The notes: a model not told the origin generated them from the letters alone. DNA of 64,000 bases from Christensenellaceae bacterium (GCA_045651465.1 JAZRSG010000027.1:679-64678), one strand, 5' to 3'; positions 45,349 through 54,877 are shown, numbered from the stretch's first letter. Numbers and translations are program-made.

Positions 45349-46644
45349 TTATTGTTGGGGCGAAGAGTTTTCTTTAGTTCTTGCGCTGGTTTTTCCTTCG
45401 GGGTCAACTTCGCCTGCTTTTATTAGTGAAATCTTGGTTAAGAACGGGCCAAATAATTCGTAAATTAGAACGGAGAACAAGGTGATGTTAGCAATTAAAA
45501 TACCAATGTTTCCGCCCATACTACTAGCTTTCATCGCCATTCCTAGCGCAACACCCGCTTGCGGGAAAAGGGTAATACCTAAATATTTTCTTACGGTAGG
45601 AGGAGCGTTAACCATTTTTGCGGATAGTCCCGCACCGAAATATTTACCAAGACATCTAAAGATAATATAGATTAGACCGATTAGAACGACGAAAACGTCA
45701 GCAATAACGCCGAGGTCGAGTTGAGCACCGCTTATTACGAAGAATAATATATATATTGGTGCGGTCCAACGATCGAGTCTATCCATTAGTTCTTCCGAGA
45801 AGTCACATTCGTTGCAGAACATAGTTCCGAGCATCATGCAAGTAAGTAGCGGAGATAACGCGATATGTATGCCGGCTATGTTCCAATTTAGGATAGTGGG
45901 TAAGTTTGAAAGAGCAACCGTTACGAAAACGAAAGCAACTGACATTGACAAACGTTTTGAACGAGAATGGAAGAATCTTTCAAAGAAAGTAAATATGTGT
46001 CCCATAATAGCACCGAGTCCTATCGATAAAACAACCTCGATTAACGGTCCTAAAATTATAGATGGAACGTTAACTGACGGCTTGGTTAAAGAATCTGCGA
46101 TACCGAACGAAATGGCAAATAAGATTAAACCAACCGCGTCGTCAAGAGCAACTACGGGTAAGAGGGTGTCTGTAAGAGGTCCTTTTGCTTTATATTGACG
46201 AACTACCATAAGAGTTGCCGCGGGTGCAGTAGCAGAAGCGATTGCGCCTAAAACTAAAGCTGCGGGTAAGGGTAGTACTTCGGGGAAAATCAAGTGGAAT
46301 ACGATCAACGCTAGATCAACGATAAGAGTTGTTAAAACTGCTTGAAAGATACCAATTACGGTTGCTTGTTTACCAATAGACTTAAGTTGAGATAATCTAA
46401 ACTCGTTACCGATAGAAAAGGCGATAAAACCGAGAGCAACGTCCGAGATGATAGAAAGAGAATCAAGTTGATTTTTGCTAGTAAAACCTATTTCTTCAAT
46501 ACCGAAAGCGCCAAGGCAAAAAGGCCCTAAAAGAACGCCTGCAACTAAATACGCTGTAACTGCGGGAAGTTTTAGAATTTTAGCTAAACGAGAGAGCATA
46601 AGTCCTGCAAAAAGTGCGATTGATAATACGAATAAAGTGCTCAT
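45349..46644 (-). CDS. cation:proton antiporter (CPA family Na+/H+ exchanger domain)
   Basis: 431-aa polytopic protein with Kef/NapA-like sequence. Confidence 0.8.
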   Translation of the reverse strand: MSTLFVLSIALFAGLMLSRLAKILKLPAVTAYLVAGVLLGPFCLGAFGIEEIGFTSKNQLDSLSIISDVALGFIAFSIGNEFRLSQLKSIGKQATVIGIFQAVLTTLIVDLALIVFHLIFPEVLPLPAALVLGAIASATAPAATLMVVRQYKAKGPLTDTLLPVVALDDAVGLILFAISFGIADSLTKPSVNVPSIILGPLIEVVLSIGLGAIMGHIFTFFERFFHSRSKRLSMSVAFVFVTVALSNLPTILNWNIAGIHIALSPLLTCMMLGTMFCNECDFSEELMDRLDRWTAPIYILFFVISGAQLDLGVIADVFVVLIGLIYIIFRCLGKYFGAGLSAKMVNAPPTVRKYLGITLFPQAGVALGMAMKASSMGGNIGILIANITLFSVLIYELFGPFLTKISLIKAGEVDPEGKTSARTKENSSPQQ

Positions 46645-46794
46645 AAAAATAACCCTAAAAAATTAATAATATTTATATCTTCACAAAGTTTAATACTTTA
46701 GTATTAAAATGTCAAATAAAATATGACAAAAAACGAATAAAAATCAAAGAAATTTTTTTAAAAAAAGTTGATTTATTATTGAGTATAGAATTAT

Positions 46795-46834
46795 ATAAAA
46801 AAAGCACGAGCAGGGCGTAAGCCGGTGTCGTGCT
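46795..46834 (-). terminator. terminator following the orphan tRNA-Ser 3-prime fragment
   Basis: AGCACGA/TCGTGCT stem followed by T7 on the minus strand. Confidence 0.6.
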
Positions 46835-46836
46835 TA

Positions 46837-46857
46837 ATGTTGGCGGAGAAGATGGGA
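46837..46857 (-). repeat. orphan copy of the tRNA-Ser 3-prime end (21-bp direct repeat)
   Basis: TGTTGGCGGAGAAGATGGGAT is identical to 47097-47117. Confidence 0.9.
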
Positions 46858-47054
46858 TAAATCTCCGCTACGCTAAAAGTTTTACTTCTTAAAACTTTTG
46901 CAAAATTAAAATTTTGCATAGCCTGTTGGCTATACGCTTGCTATCACGCCTGGGTAGCAAAAGGTGGGTGACCACCTTTTGTCGGCAATTAAGTCGGAAC
47001 TCTCGAACTTGTAAATTGCTGATACCTACCCGTTCGAATCCCATATCTATTTTT

Positions 47055-47097
47055 ACAAAGCAAAAGGCTATGACAGGTAAATCTATCATAGCCTTTT
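47055..47097 (-). terminator. terminator immediately after tRNA-Ser
   Basis: 12-bp stem AAAAGGCTATGA/TCATAGCCTTTT. Confidence 0.6.
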
Positions 47098-47117
47098 GTT
47101 GGCGGAGAAGATGGGAT
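47097..47117 (-). repeat. direct repeat copy within and just past the tRNA-Ser 3-prime end
   Basis: Identical to 46837-46857. Confidence 0.9.
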
Positions 47118-47190
47118 TCGAACCCATGTGCCGAGAACTCGGCAACTGCATTTCGAGTGCAGCTCGTTGTGACCACTTCGATACTTCTCC
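47100..47190 (-). tRNA. tRNA-Ser (anticodon CGA)
   Basis: Class II tRNA: acceptor GGAGAAG/CTTCTCC, anticodon arm CTGCA-CTCGAAA-TGCAG, long variable arm GCCGAG/CTCGGC, T-arm ATGGG-TTCGAAT-CCCAT, encoded CCA. Confidence 0.92.
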
Positions 47191-47328
47191 GTACGTTTAT
47201 ATATTATACACTTTTATTTAATTAATTGCAAATAAATGCGCGATAAAAAATTTATAATAATTGACATTTTAGACTATTAATAGTATAATTTTTATATTAT
47301 TTATTGTTTTAATTTGCGAGAGGTTTTT

Positions 47329-48153
47329 ATGATTCCTGATCCTATCCCGCTTTTTGGTGGTCTATCGTTTACTTTTTACGGGCTTTTCATTGCCATAGGT
47401 ATCTTGGCGTGTTTTTTTGTTCTTTATTTTTACACCTCCAAAAAAGGCGTTCCTGCGTCCGTTAAGGATTTCGTTTTCTTTACTGCAATTATTTCTATTG
47501 CGATTGGATTTTTATTCGCCAGTCTTTTTCAAGCCGTTTACAACTGGATTGAATCGGGCGAGTTTAGAATCGGTGGAATAACGGTAATGGGTGGACTTAT
47601 CGGTGGCGCTGCAACCTTCTTATTAATTTATTTCGTTGGAGGCAAGCTCTATTTTAAGAACAAGCAAAAAGATTTTCAAAAAAAATATTTTAACGATATA
47701 TTTTTAGTTGCGCCTATTTGCATTTCAATTGCCCACGCTTTTGGTAGACTTGGTTGTTTGATGGCAGGGTGTTGTCATGGTGAATATCTAGGGAGAACGC
47801 CTACTGTGGGTGGAATTTGGATGAACGGCACTACTTACGGTTGGGGATATTACGTTCCCACTCAACTTTACGAGGCTATTTTCCTTTTCGCTTTGACTGC
47901 AGTATTATCAGTACTTTATTTCAAGCGTTCAAACATTATTATGTCTATTTATTTAATCTCGTATGGAGTATGGAGAATGATTATCGAGTTCTTTAGAGAC
48001 GATCACGTGGGCAAACTTATTCCAGGACTTTCTCCTTCTCAATGGCAGTCCATAGTTTTTATTACGCTTGGTGTGGCGATATTGATTTATTATAAGGTTA
48101 AAAAACTTCCGTTTGTCTTACCAAAGACGAGTGGGGAGAATAAGGATAAATAA
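47329..48153 (+). CDS. lgt: prolipoprotein diacylglyceryl transferase
   Basis: Lgt-like membrane protein (GRLGC..AGCCHG). ATG at 47329 after GAGAGG. Promoter is TTGACA (47261), 17 nt spacer, TATAAT (47284). Confidence 0.88.
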   Translation: MIPDPIPLFGGLSFTFYGLFIAIGILACFFVLYFYTSKKGVPASVKDFVFFTAIISIAIGFLFASLFQAVYNWIESGEFRIGGITVMGGLIGGAATFLLIYFVGGKLYFKNKQKDFQKKYFNDIFLVAPICISIAHAFGRLGCLMAGCCHGEYLGRTPTVGGIWMNGTTYGWGYYVPTQLYEAIFLFALTAVLSVLYFKRSNIIMSIYLISYGVWRMIIEFFRDDHVGKLIPGLSPSQWQSIVFITLGVAILIYYKVKKLPFVLPKTSGENKDK

Positions 48154-48171
48154 AATTTTATATATCACGTG

Positions 48172-48204
48172 AAAAAAAGGCATTGCGATTAGCAATGCCT
48201 TTTT
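48172..48204. terminator. bidirectional terminator between lgt and rpsT
   Basis: GGCATTGC/GCAATGCC stem flanked by A7 and T5. Confidence 0.75.
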
Positions 48205-48218
48205 AATTTATCAATATA

Positions 48219-48620
48219 TTATTCAGTTACTTCAGCGTCAACTTTTTTAGCTCTGGGCTTTCTCGTGGTCGTTTTTTTAACGGGAGCAGCGGGAGCTTCT
48301 TCTACTACGGGTGCTTCTTCAACAACAGGAGCTTCTTCTACTACGGGAGCAGCTGAAGCGATAGCAGCATCAACCTTTTTAGCAAGTTTTGCCTTCTTGT
48401 TAGATGCGTTGTTTGCGTGAAGAATGTTCTTGCCACAAGCAGAATCGATAATAGCAAAAGCGCTTGATAAAGCAGCCTTAGCTTCATCTAATTTGTTTTC
48501 TTTAATGAGAAGATCGATCTTCTTCATTTCAGTTTTAACAGCAGAACGGATTGCCTTGTTTTGGTCGTTTTTCTTTTGATTTACTAAAACTCTCTTTTTT
48601 GCAGATTTAATGTTGGGCAT
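48219..48620 (-). CDS. rpsT: 30S ribosomal protein S20 with a repeat-containing C-terminal extension
   Basis: MPNIKSAKKR N-terminus. 133 aa, against roughly 85-90 aa for typical S20. Confidence 0.9.
   Translation of the reverse strand: MPNIKSAKKRVLVNQKKNDQNKAIRSAVKTEMKKIDLLIKENKLDEAKAALSSAFAIIDSACGKNILHANNASNKKAKLAKKVDAAIASAAPVVEEAPVVEEAPVVEEAPAAPVKKTTTRKPRAKKVDAEVTE
48293..48346. repeat. 3 x 18-bp tandem repeat inside rpsT encoding (APVVEE)x3
   Basis: Units at 48293-48310 and 48329-48346 are identical. The middle unit is a synonymous variant. Confidence 0.9.
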
Positions 48621-48767
48621 GTTTAATGCACTCCTTAAGTTTTTCTTTTTTAATTTCGCTAATCATTTTAACACAAAATTAAACTAAATGCAACTACATT
48701 TCAAGTAGATTTTTACCTTTTTATTTTATTTTTAACTATTCTCGCCATAATTTTCATACAATCTATT

Positions 48768-49529
48768 ATGAATAATGGATATATTGCCGTTTTAGATAGC
48801 GGAATCGGGGGATTGTCGGTTTTAAGCGAACTGGTTAAAATTATGCCAAATGAAAGATATCTTTACTTTGGCGATAACGATAACGCTCCCTACGGAAATA
48901 AAGATAAAAAGCTTTTGCGCCGTTTAACTTTTAACGCTTTGTCCCAAATATTTAAAAATCGTGTTAAAGCGCTTGTGGTTGGATGTAATACGCTAAGCGT
49001 ATCTATAATGAGCGACATAATAAAAATGGCTCACGTCCCCGTTTTTGGCGTTTATCCGCCCGTTGAAAGTGAATGCTTAAGCGATAAAAAATGCCTTTTG
49101 GTTTGCACGCCGAACACGGCTAGTAAATATACTTATAAATACGATAATCTTGACGTTTTATCTTTGCCGTATTTGGCTAGTGATATAGAACGAAAGATTT
49201 TCAATATAGACTCGATAGATTTATCTAGACACGTTAATTTGGGCGTGTTGTATTCAAAAAATAAAAATTTTTTATCAAAAAAATGCATTTATGATACTCT
49301 AATTTTGGGGTGTACGCACTATTTTTTTGCCAAAAATGAATTTTATGACCACTTTCAACCCCAAAAAATTATCGGTGGTAACCACTTTACAGCAAAAATG
49401 GTAAAAAATTTTTTACTAAACTCAAAATCGTTAGGAAATTCCAAGCGATTACACATTTCTTTTAATGGAAAAAATGCAAAATTTAATAAAAAAGTTTGGG
49501 TTTTAAGTGGTCAAAAGGTGCTTTTTTAG
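48768..49529 (+). CDS. murI: glutamate racemase
   Basis: DSGIGGLSV, GCNT and GCTHY motifs. Confidence 0.85.
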   Translation: MNNGYIAVLDSGIGGLSVLSELVKIMPNERYLYFGDNDNAPYGNKDKKLLRRLTFNALSQIFKNRVKALVVGCNTLSVSIMSDIIKMAHVPVFGVYPPVESECLSDKKCLLVCTPNTASKYTYKYDNLDVLSLPYLASDIERKIFNIDSIDLSRHVNLGVLYSKNKNFLSKKCIYDTLILGCTHYFFAKNEFYDHFQPQKIIGGNHFTAKMVKNFLLNSKSLGNSKRLHISFNGKNAKFNKKVWVLSGQKVLF

Positions 49530-49601
49530 GTCAAAAAAATTAAAAAAAGTGGTAGAAATTTATAAAAAAGGGTTGACAGTGGTCAAAATGTATGGTAGAA
49601 T
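49507..49601 (+). promoter_or_regulatory. dcw promoter with GTGGT (MraZ-box-like) repeats
   Basis: TTGACA (49573-49578), 17 nt spacer, TAGAAT (49596-49601). AGTGGT boxes at 49507, 49549 and 49579, plus ATGGT at 49592. Confidence 0.5.
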
Positions 49602-49635
49602 TAGTACAAATCAACAAGGGGGATAGTCTTTTTTC

Positions 49636-50073
49636 ATGGCTGGTAAGAATTACTCGCATCAATTAGATGCCAAAAATAGAATGAGAATACCAGCTAAGCT
49701 TCGCGAAGAACTCGGTGAAAATTATTCGATCACCGTGGGAACGGGTGGCTGTCTTTACGTGTATACGGAAGAACAAATGAAAAAGGTTAAAGAAACCCTT
49801 ACTAACGTTAACGCTTATAGAGAAACACAGCTTAAAGCCGCGCGTTACATCTTATATAATACGTGGGAAGCAGAAGAGGACAAGCAGGGTAGAATACTTC
49901 TCCCTGAAAACCTTAGAAAATACGCAAAGATTGAAAAGAACGTTATAGTTTTCAAAGGTCCTAACTGTGTTGAGATTTGGAGCGAAGAAGTTTGGAATGA
50001 ATACTTTAACGACGTTAACTTTTCTGAACTAGCCGATGCTTTAGACGCTTTACAACAAAATGGCAGAATTTAA
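49636..50073 (+). CDS. mraZ: transcriptional regulator MraZ
   Basis: Two DxxxR-type SpoVT/AbrB-like halves (LDAKNRMRIP, EDKQGRILLP). Confidence 0.92.
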   Translation: MAGKNYSHQLDAKNRMRIPAKLREELGENYSITVGTGGCLYVYTEEQMKKVKETLTNVNAYRETQLKAARYILYNTWEAEEDKQGRILLPENLRKYAKIEKNVIVFKGPNCVEIWSEEVWNEYFNDVNFSELADALDALQQNGRI

Positions 50074-50998
50074 GCATTATTCAGTAATGCTCGACGAATG
50101 TATCGACGGCTTAAAGGTTAAAGACGGTGGCGTTTATTTTGACGGAACGCTCGGCGGTGGGGGACATTCTTACGAGATCTTAGAAAAATGTGCTCCAAAC
50201 GGAAAACTTTATGCGACAGACCTTGACGATTATGCGTTGCTAAGGGCAAGCCAAAAATTGGCAGAGTTTGACGGGCGATTTACTTTAATAAAAGATAATT
50301 TTAAGAGTTTTAACCGTATCAAAGAACGAGAAAATATCGAGGGATTTGACGGAATCATATTAGATCTAGGGGTTTCAAGTTTTCAACTTGACGATAGAGA
50401 AAGAGGATTTTCGTATTTAGCTAAAGACGTTAGACTAGATATGAGAATGAACAAAGAAGACCCCTTAGATGCGGAAAGAGTAATCAACGAATATAGCGAA
50501 AGCGAATTAAAAAGAATACTTTCCGAGTACGGGGAAGAAAGATTTTCCGGTTCAATAGCAAAAAACATTGTTAATATACGTTCTAAAAAAAGGATAACGA
50601 CGGTTGGAGATCTTATCGAAATAATCGAAAGGAGCATTCCGAAGAAGTTTCAACAAGACGGACATCCCGCAAAGAGAACGTTTCAAGCAATAAGAATTGA
50701 GGTGAACGGCGAATTAGACGGGTTGTATCAAACGATAATCGATATGACTAGAAGTCTAAAAAAGGGTGGAAGAATAGCAATACTTACATTCCATTCGTTA
50801 GAAGATAGAATAGTCAAACGCGCATTTAAGGAACTTGAATGTGACTGCATATGTGACAAATCTTTACCGGTATGCGTTTGTGGGAAGAAAAAAGAGATAA
50901 ATATTATCACTAAACATCCGATAACTGCTACGGAGAGAGAGCTTGAAGAAAATAGCAGGTCAAAAAGCGCGAAATTAAGAATCGCGGAAAAAGTTTAA
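50060..50998 (+). CDS. rsmH: 16S rRNA (cytosine1402-N4)-methyltransferase RsmH
   Basis: HYSVML, DGTLGGGGHS and FHSLEDR motifs. Confidence 0.93.
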   Translation: MAEFKHYSVMLDECIDGLKVKDGGVYFDGTLGGGGHSYEILEKCAPNGKLYATDLDDYALLRASQKLAEFDGRFTLIKDNFKSFNRIKERENIEGFDGIILDLGVSSFQLDDRERGFSYLAKDVRLDMRMNKEDPLDAERVINEYSESELKRILSEYGEERFSGSIAKNIVNIRSKKRITTVGDLIEIIERSIPKKFQQDGHPAKRTFQAIRIEVNGELDGLYQTIIDMTRSLKKGGRIAILTFHSLEDRIVKRAFKELECDCICDKSLPVCVCGKKKEINIITKHPITATERELEENSRSKSAKLRIAEKV

Positions 50999-51034
50999 TA
51001 ATTTACCTAAAAGGTAAGAGATAAGGAGAGAAGT

Positions 51035-51634
51035 ATGGTAAACACGAGACGTTCTTCGGAATCATTCATAAGTTCAGAACACGACGCTCACGGCGGTGTT
51101 GCACTTTTAGAAAGAACCGTAACAAATGAAGTTGTTGCTCCCGTTCAAGAAGAAAACCTTGAAGAAGCAAGGGAAAGAATGCAAAGAAATCTCGATAGAC
51201 TCTTAAATTACGATAGAGCGGCTGAACAAATTGAAGAAACCGCCGTATGCGTTGAAGAAATCGTAGATTCTACTATGCAAGACGACGATATTCGTCCCAC
51301 GTCGACGACCATGCAATTTGGCGATGGAGATATCGATCAAATGTATAAAGAGATGGATAGAGCTTCCGAATCCGTTAAGGAAACTTATCATCTTAATACT
51401 AAAGGCAAGATCGTTATCGTTCTTTATTCGCTCGCAGTTATGGTTATTTTGGCGTTAATCGCTATTAATACCGGTATGCTCGCTACTCTTTCGGGTACGC
51501 ATGAGGCTAAAACTGTTGAACTTAACTCTAAAATTGCCGAATATAGTGTTTTACAACAAGAAATCGAATCCATTTCTTCTAACGATTACGTTATCAATCA
51601 AGCTGAAAACGTTATAGGAATGGTAAAAAAATAA
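51035..51634 (+). CDS. bitopic cell division protein (FtsL-like position) with a long acidic N-terminal tail
   Basis: Single TM helix (IVIVLYSLAVMVILALIAI) followed by a short coiled-coil-like C-terminus. Occupies the ftsL slot in the dcw cluster. Confidence 0.45.
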   Translation: MVNTRRSSESFISSEHDAHGGVALLERTVTNEVVAPVQEENLEEARERMQRNLDRLLNYDRAAEQIEETAVCVEEIVDSTMQDDDIRPTSTTMQFGDGDIDQMYKEMDRASESVKETYHLNTKGKIVIVLYSLAVMVILALIAINTGMLATLSGTHEAKTVELNSKIAEYSVLQQEIESISSNDYVINQAENVIGMVKK

Positions 51635-51680
51635 TTATAAATACAAACGCTACTGAATACACTTTATTAAAAGGTATTAG

Positions 51681-53429
51681 GTGGTGATCCGAATTCAAAG
51701 TCAATTTTCAATATCAATATTACGAAAGAGGTTATTAGCAATTTTACTTGCAATGACCTCTTTATTTTTGTTCGTTTTAGGCAGACTTTTTTACGTACAA
51801 GTTATTTGGGGCGAAGACTTACAGTCTAAAGCAATCGATCAATGGACGAGAGAGATCCCCGTTATTGCAAAACGTGGCAATATCGTAGACGTTAACGGCG
51901 TGGTTTTAGCGTCTAACGCCGATACTTATACGGTTTTCGTTAGGAAAAAGGCGGTAGGAAACGTTGAAGAATTGTCTTACGAACTTTCTAAGGTATTAGA
52001 TCTTGAGTATAACTCGGTGTATGAAAGACTAACCAAGACCATTTCAAGCGAAGTTACTATAAAAAAGCAGGTTGAAAAGGATAAGATTTCTAAACTTTTG
52101 GAAAAAAATTTCAGCGGAGTGTATTATTCTAGAGACAATTCAAGAATTTATCCCTATAACGAGTTTTTAACTTCGGTTTTAGGCTTTACGTCAACTGACG
52201 GTAAAGGCCAGTCTGGGTTAGAGCTTTACTACGATAAATATCTTTCGGGTATAGATGGCGAGATTTTATACGAAACGGATATCGTGGGTGTTGAAATTGA
52301 CGGCTCTAATCCTACTTATATTCCAGCGACTAACGGGCTTAACCTAAAACTAACTATAGATTACGACGTTCAACAACTTTGTGAGCGAGCCATGGAAGAG
52401 GCAATGACCGTGCACGAAGCGAAATCGGCGCAAATGTTAGTGGTTGATCCTTCAAACGGGGCAATTCGGGCGATGTGTGTAAAGCCGTCGTATAATCTTA
52501 ACGAAGTTCCGAGAGAAGATTTGAGCCTATTAAACGCTTTAACTCGAAATTCTTTAGTGTGTGATATTTATGAACCAGGTTCGACGTTTAAGATCTTAAC
52601 TACTGCGGCTAACGTTGAGGAATATTTGTCGGGAAACAAAAGAGCCTTTTCGCTTAATCACATATATAATTCGTCAAGATATAGGTATATAGACGGACAA
52701 AAAGTTAAGTGTTGGAGCGATCATAAAAATGGAAAACACGCCTGTTTGGATCTTCAAGGCGCACTTAATAATAGTTGCAACCCAATATTTGTTGATATTG
52801 CAATGTCGTTAGGCAAGGAAACGATGTATAAATATATCGAGTTGTTTAATTATGGAAGTGTCACAGGGATAGATTTTTCTGGAGAGGCTCAAGGAATGGT
52901 TTTACCGATATCCTCTGTAATGAACGTGGACCTTGCTAGAATTGCCTTTGGACAAACGGTTGCGGTTACGGGACTTCAACTTGCGCTTGCGACGGCATCA
53001 GTTATAAACGGTGGATATTATTATGCTCCGCAACTTGTTTGTGAGATTTATGCTAGCGATAATTTAACGGCTGAAAAGATTACTCCAAAATTAAAGAATA
53101 AGGTAATAAGCGAACAAGCATCAAAAATAATAAATCAATTATTAGAAAACGTCGTTAGCGAAGGATCGGGGAAACAAGCGTATATTGAAGGATATCGGGT
53201 TGCCGGCAAAACGGGAACGGCGCAAAAATATGAAAACGGTGTCATAGCGTCGGGTAAATACGTGTCGTCGTTTGTTGGGTATTTTCCCGCTAATGATCCA
53301 AAGTATTTGGCGCTCGTAATTATTGACGAGCCAAAAGGACAATATTACGGAAGTACCGTTGCCGCACCGTACGCAAAGGAAGTATTTGAAGGTATTATCG
53401 ATCTAAAAAATATAAAAGGAAGCATATAA
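51681..53429 (+). CDS. class B penicillin-binding protein (FtsI/SpoVD/PBP2B-like)
   Basis: N-terminal TM anchor, then PBP dimerisation and transpeptidase domains (STFK, SCN, KTGT). GTG start is uncertain. Confidence 0.88.
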   Translation: MVIRIQSQFSISILRKRLLAILLAMTSLFLFVLGRLFYVQVIWGEDLQSKAIDQWTREIPVIAKRGNIVDVNGVVLASNADTYTVFVRKKAVGNVEELSYELSKVLDLEYNSVYERLTKTISSEVTIKKQVEKDKISKLLEKNFSGVYYSRDNSRIYPYNEFLTSVLGFTSTDGKGQSGLELYYDKYLSGIDGEILYETDIVGVEIDGSNPTYIPATNGLNLKLTIDYDVQQLCERAMEEAMTVHEAKSAQMLVVDPSNGAIRAMCVKPSYNLNEVPREDLSLLNALTRNSLVCDIYEPGSTFKILTTAANVEEYLSGNKRAFSLNHIYNSSRYRYIDGQKVKCWSDHKNGKHACLDLQGALNNSCNPIFVDIAMSLGKETMYKYIELFNYGSVTGIDFSGEAQGMVLPISSVMNVDLARIAFGQTVAVTGLQLALATASVINGGYYYAPQLVCEIYASDNLTAEKITPKLKNKVISEQASKIINQLLENVVSEGSGKQAYIEGYRVAGKTGTAQKYENGVIASGKYVSSFVGYFPANDPKYLALVIIDEPKGQYYGSTVAAPYAKEVFEGIIDLKNIKGSI

Positions 53430-53431
53430 AA

Positions 53432-54877
53432 ATGAAACTAGTTGATTTATTGAAAGACGTTCAAGTAAAAGAAATCGTAGGAGAAACTAATGCGGAAATC
53501 AAAAATATTGCAATCGATAGTAAATTGGTTACTGAAAAGAGTGTGTTTGTGTGCTTAAAGGGGAATAATTTTGACGGACATGATTACGTTAAACAAGTAA
53601 AGATGTACGGAGCTAGCGCGATCGTGTGCGAAAAAAAGTTAGATACTGATTTAACGCAAATTATCGTTGGAAATTGTAGAAAAGCGCTCGGCGTTATTTG
53701 TGGAAATTTTTATGATAACGTACATAAGAATATGAAATTTATAGGCGTGGTTGGAACGAACGGGAAAACAACGACTGCACACATGATAAATTTTATTCTA
53801 AATTACTCGGGGCAAAGGAGTGGAGTTATAGGGACGCTTGGCGCATTTTACGATAACGTGACGGTTGAGCATTCTTTAACCACGCCCGATCCCATAGAGT
53901 TTTATAGAATAATTAAAGAAATGTTCGAAAGTGGAATTAGAACGGTCGTTATGGAGGTTTCTGCACACGCAATATACTATAAAAAAGTTTACGGAATAGA
54001 TTTTGAAACGGGGGTATTTACGAATTTTTCACAAGATCATTTAGATTTTTTTGATGATATGGACAAATACAAGAAAACGAAGAAGAAGTTTTTTAAGGAA
54101 TATAAGTGTAAATATATAGTTTGTAATTGTGACGATCCAGTGGGAAGGGAAATTATAAACGAAAACCAAAAGTCGATTTCGTATGGAATAGATAATCCGT
54201 CCGACGTTTTTGCGATAGACGTTAAACGTGGCAAAAAGGGATTATCGTTTGTGGTTAATCTTTTTGATCAGGTGTATAAGATTAAACTTAATTTTTACGG
54301 CAAGTTTAACGTTTATAATGCGCTAGCCGCCTTGACTACTTGCGCGTTAAATGGAGTAAATACCGACGTCGCTAGTGAAGCGATAACAAAACTCGTTGGA
54401 ATAAGCGGTAGGCTTGAAAAGGTATACGAGGACAAGTTTACTATTTTCGTAGACTATGCACATACACCGGACGGACTCTTGAATAGCTTAAGGGCACTAG
54501 GGGATATAGTTGATTCAAATTTAATTTGTGTGTTTGGTTGCGGAGGAAATAGGGATAAAGATAAGCGTGAGCTAATGGGAAATATAAGCGGAAAAAATGC
54601 TGACTTTACGGTGATCACTAGTGACAATCCTAGGTTTGAAGAACCTATGGAAATTATTAGATCGATTGAAGATGGGCTCTTAAAAAGCCGTGGAAGATAC
54701 GTCATCGTCCAAGATAGAAAAGAGGCTATAGAATACGCGATGAATTTGGCGGGAGAAGGGGACGTTATACTAATTGCAGGAAAAGGTGGAGAAAAATATC
54801 AGGAAGTTTTAGGTATAAAAAAAGAGTATAACGACAAAGATACCGTAGAGGAAATATTAAGAGGTAAATCCTATTGA
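53432..54877 (+). CDS. murE: UDP-N-acetylmuramoyl-L-alanyl-D-glutamate--2,6-diaminopimelate ligase
   Basis: GTNGKTT P-loop, Mur ligase middle and C-terminal domains, DNPR motif. Confidence 0.9.
   Translation: MKLVDLLKDVQVKEIVGETNAEIKNIAIDSKLVTEKSVFVCLKGNNFDGHDYVKQVKMYGASAIVCEKKLDTDLTQIIVGNCRKALGVICGNFYDNVHKNMKFIGVVGTNGKTTTAHMINFILNYSGQRSGVIGTLGAFYDNVTVEHSLTTPDPIEFYRIIKEMFESGIRTVVMEVSAHAIYYKKVYGIDFETGVFTNFSQDHLDFFDDMDKYKKTKKKFFKEYKCKYIVCNCDDPVGREIINENQKSISYGIDNPSDVFAIDVKRGKKGLSFVVNLFDQVYKIKLNFYGKFNVYNALAALTTCALNGVNTDVASEAITKLVGISGRLEKVYEDKFTIFVDYAHTPDGLLNSLRALGDIVDSNLICVFGCGGNRDKDKRELMGNISGKNADFTVITSDNPRFEEPMEIIRSIEDGLLKSRGRYVIVQDRKEAIEYAMNLAGEGDVILIAGKGGEKYQEVLGIKKEYNDKDTVEEILRGKSY

Noticed and set aside
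46837-47060. Possible tmRNA (ssrA) on the minus strand. It ends in a tRNA-like ...CTTCTCCGCCA plus a terminator, and it contains TGGGATTCGAACGGG, which resembles the tmRNA 5-prime GGATTCGAC motif.
   Set aside because: No 5-prime acceptor strand (GGAGAAG or GGGG...) and no intact T-arm next to the 3-prime end. There is no tag reading frame ending in an LAA-type sequence, and at about 220 nt it is too short. The acceptor identity is Ser-like rather than the G3-U70 Ala type.
46889-47225. Track ORFs of 95 aa (minus strand) and 103 aa (plus strand).
   Set aside because: They overlap tRNA-Ser and the hairpin-dense insert, and lack an RBS or any recognisable protein features.
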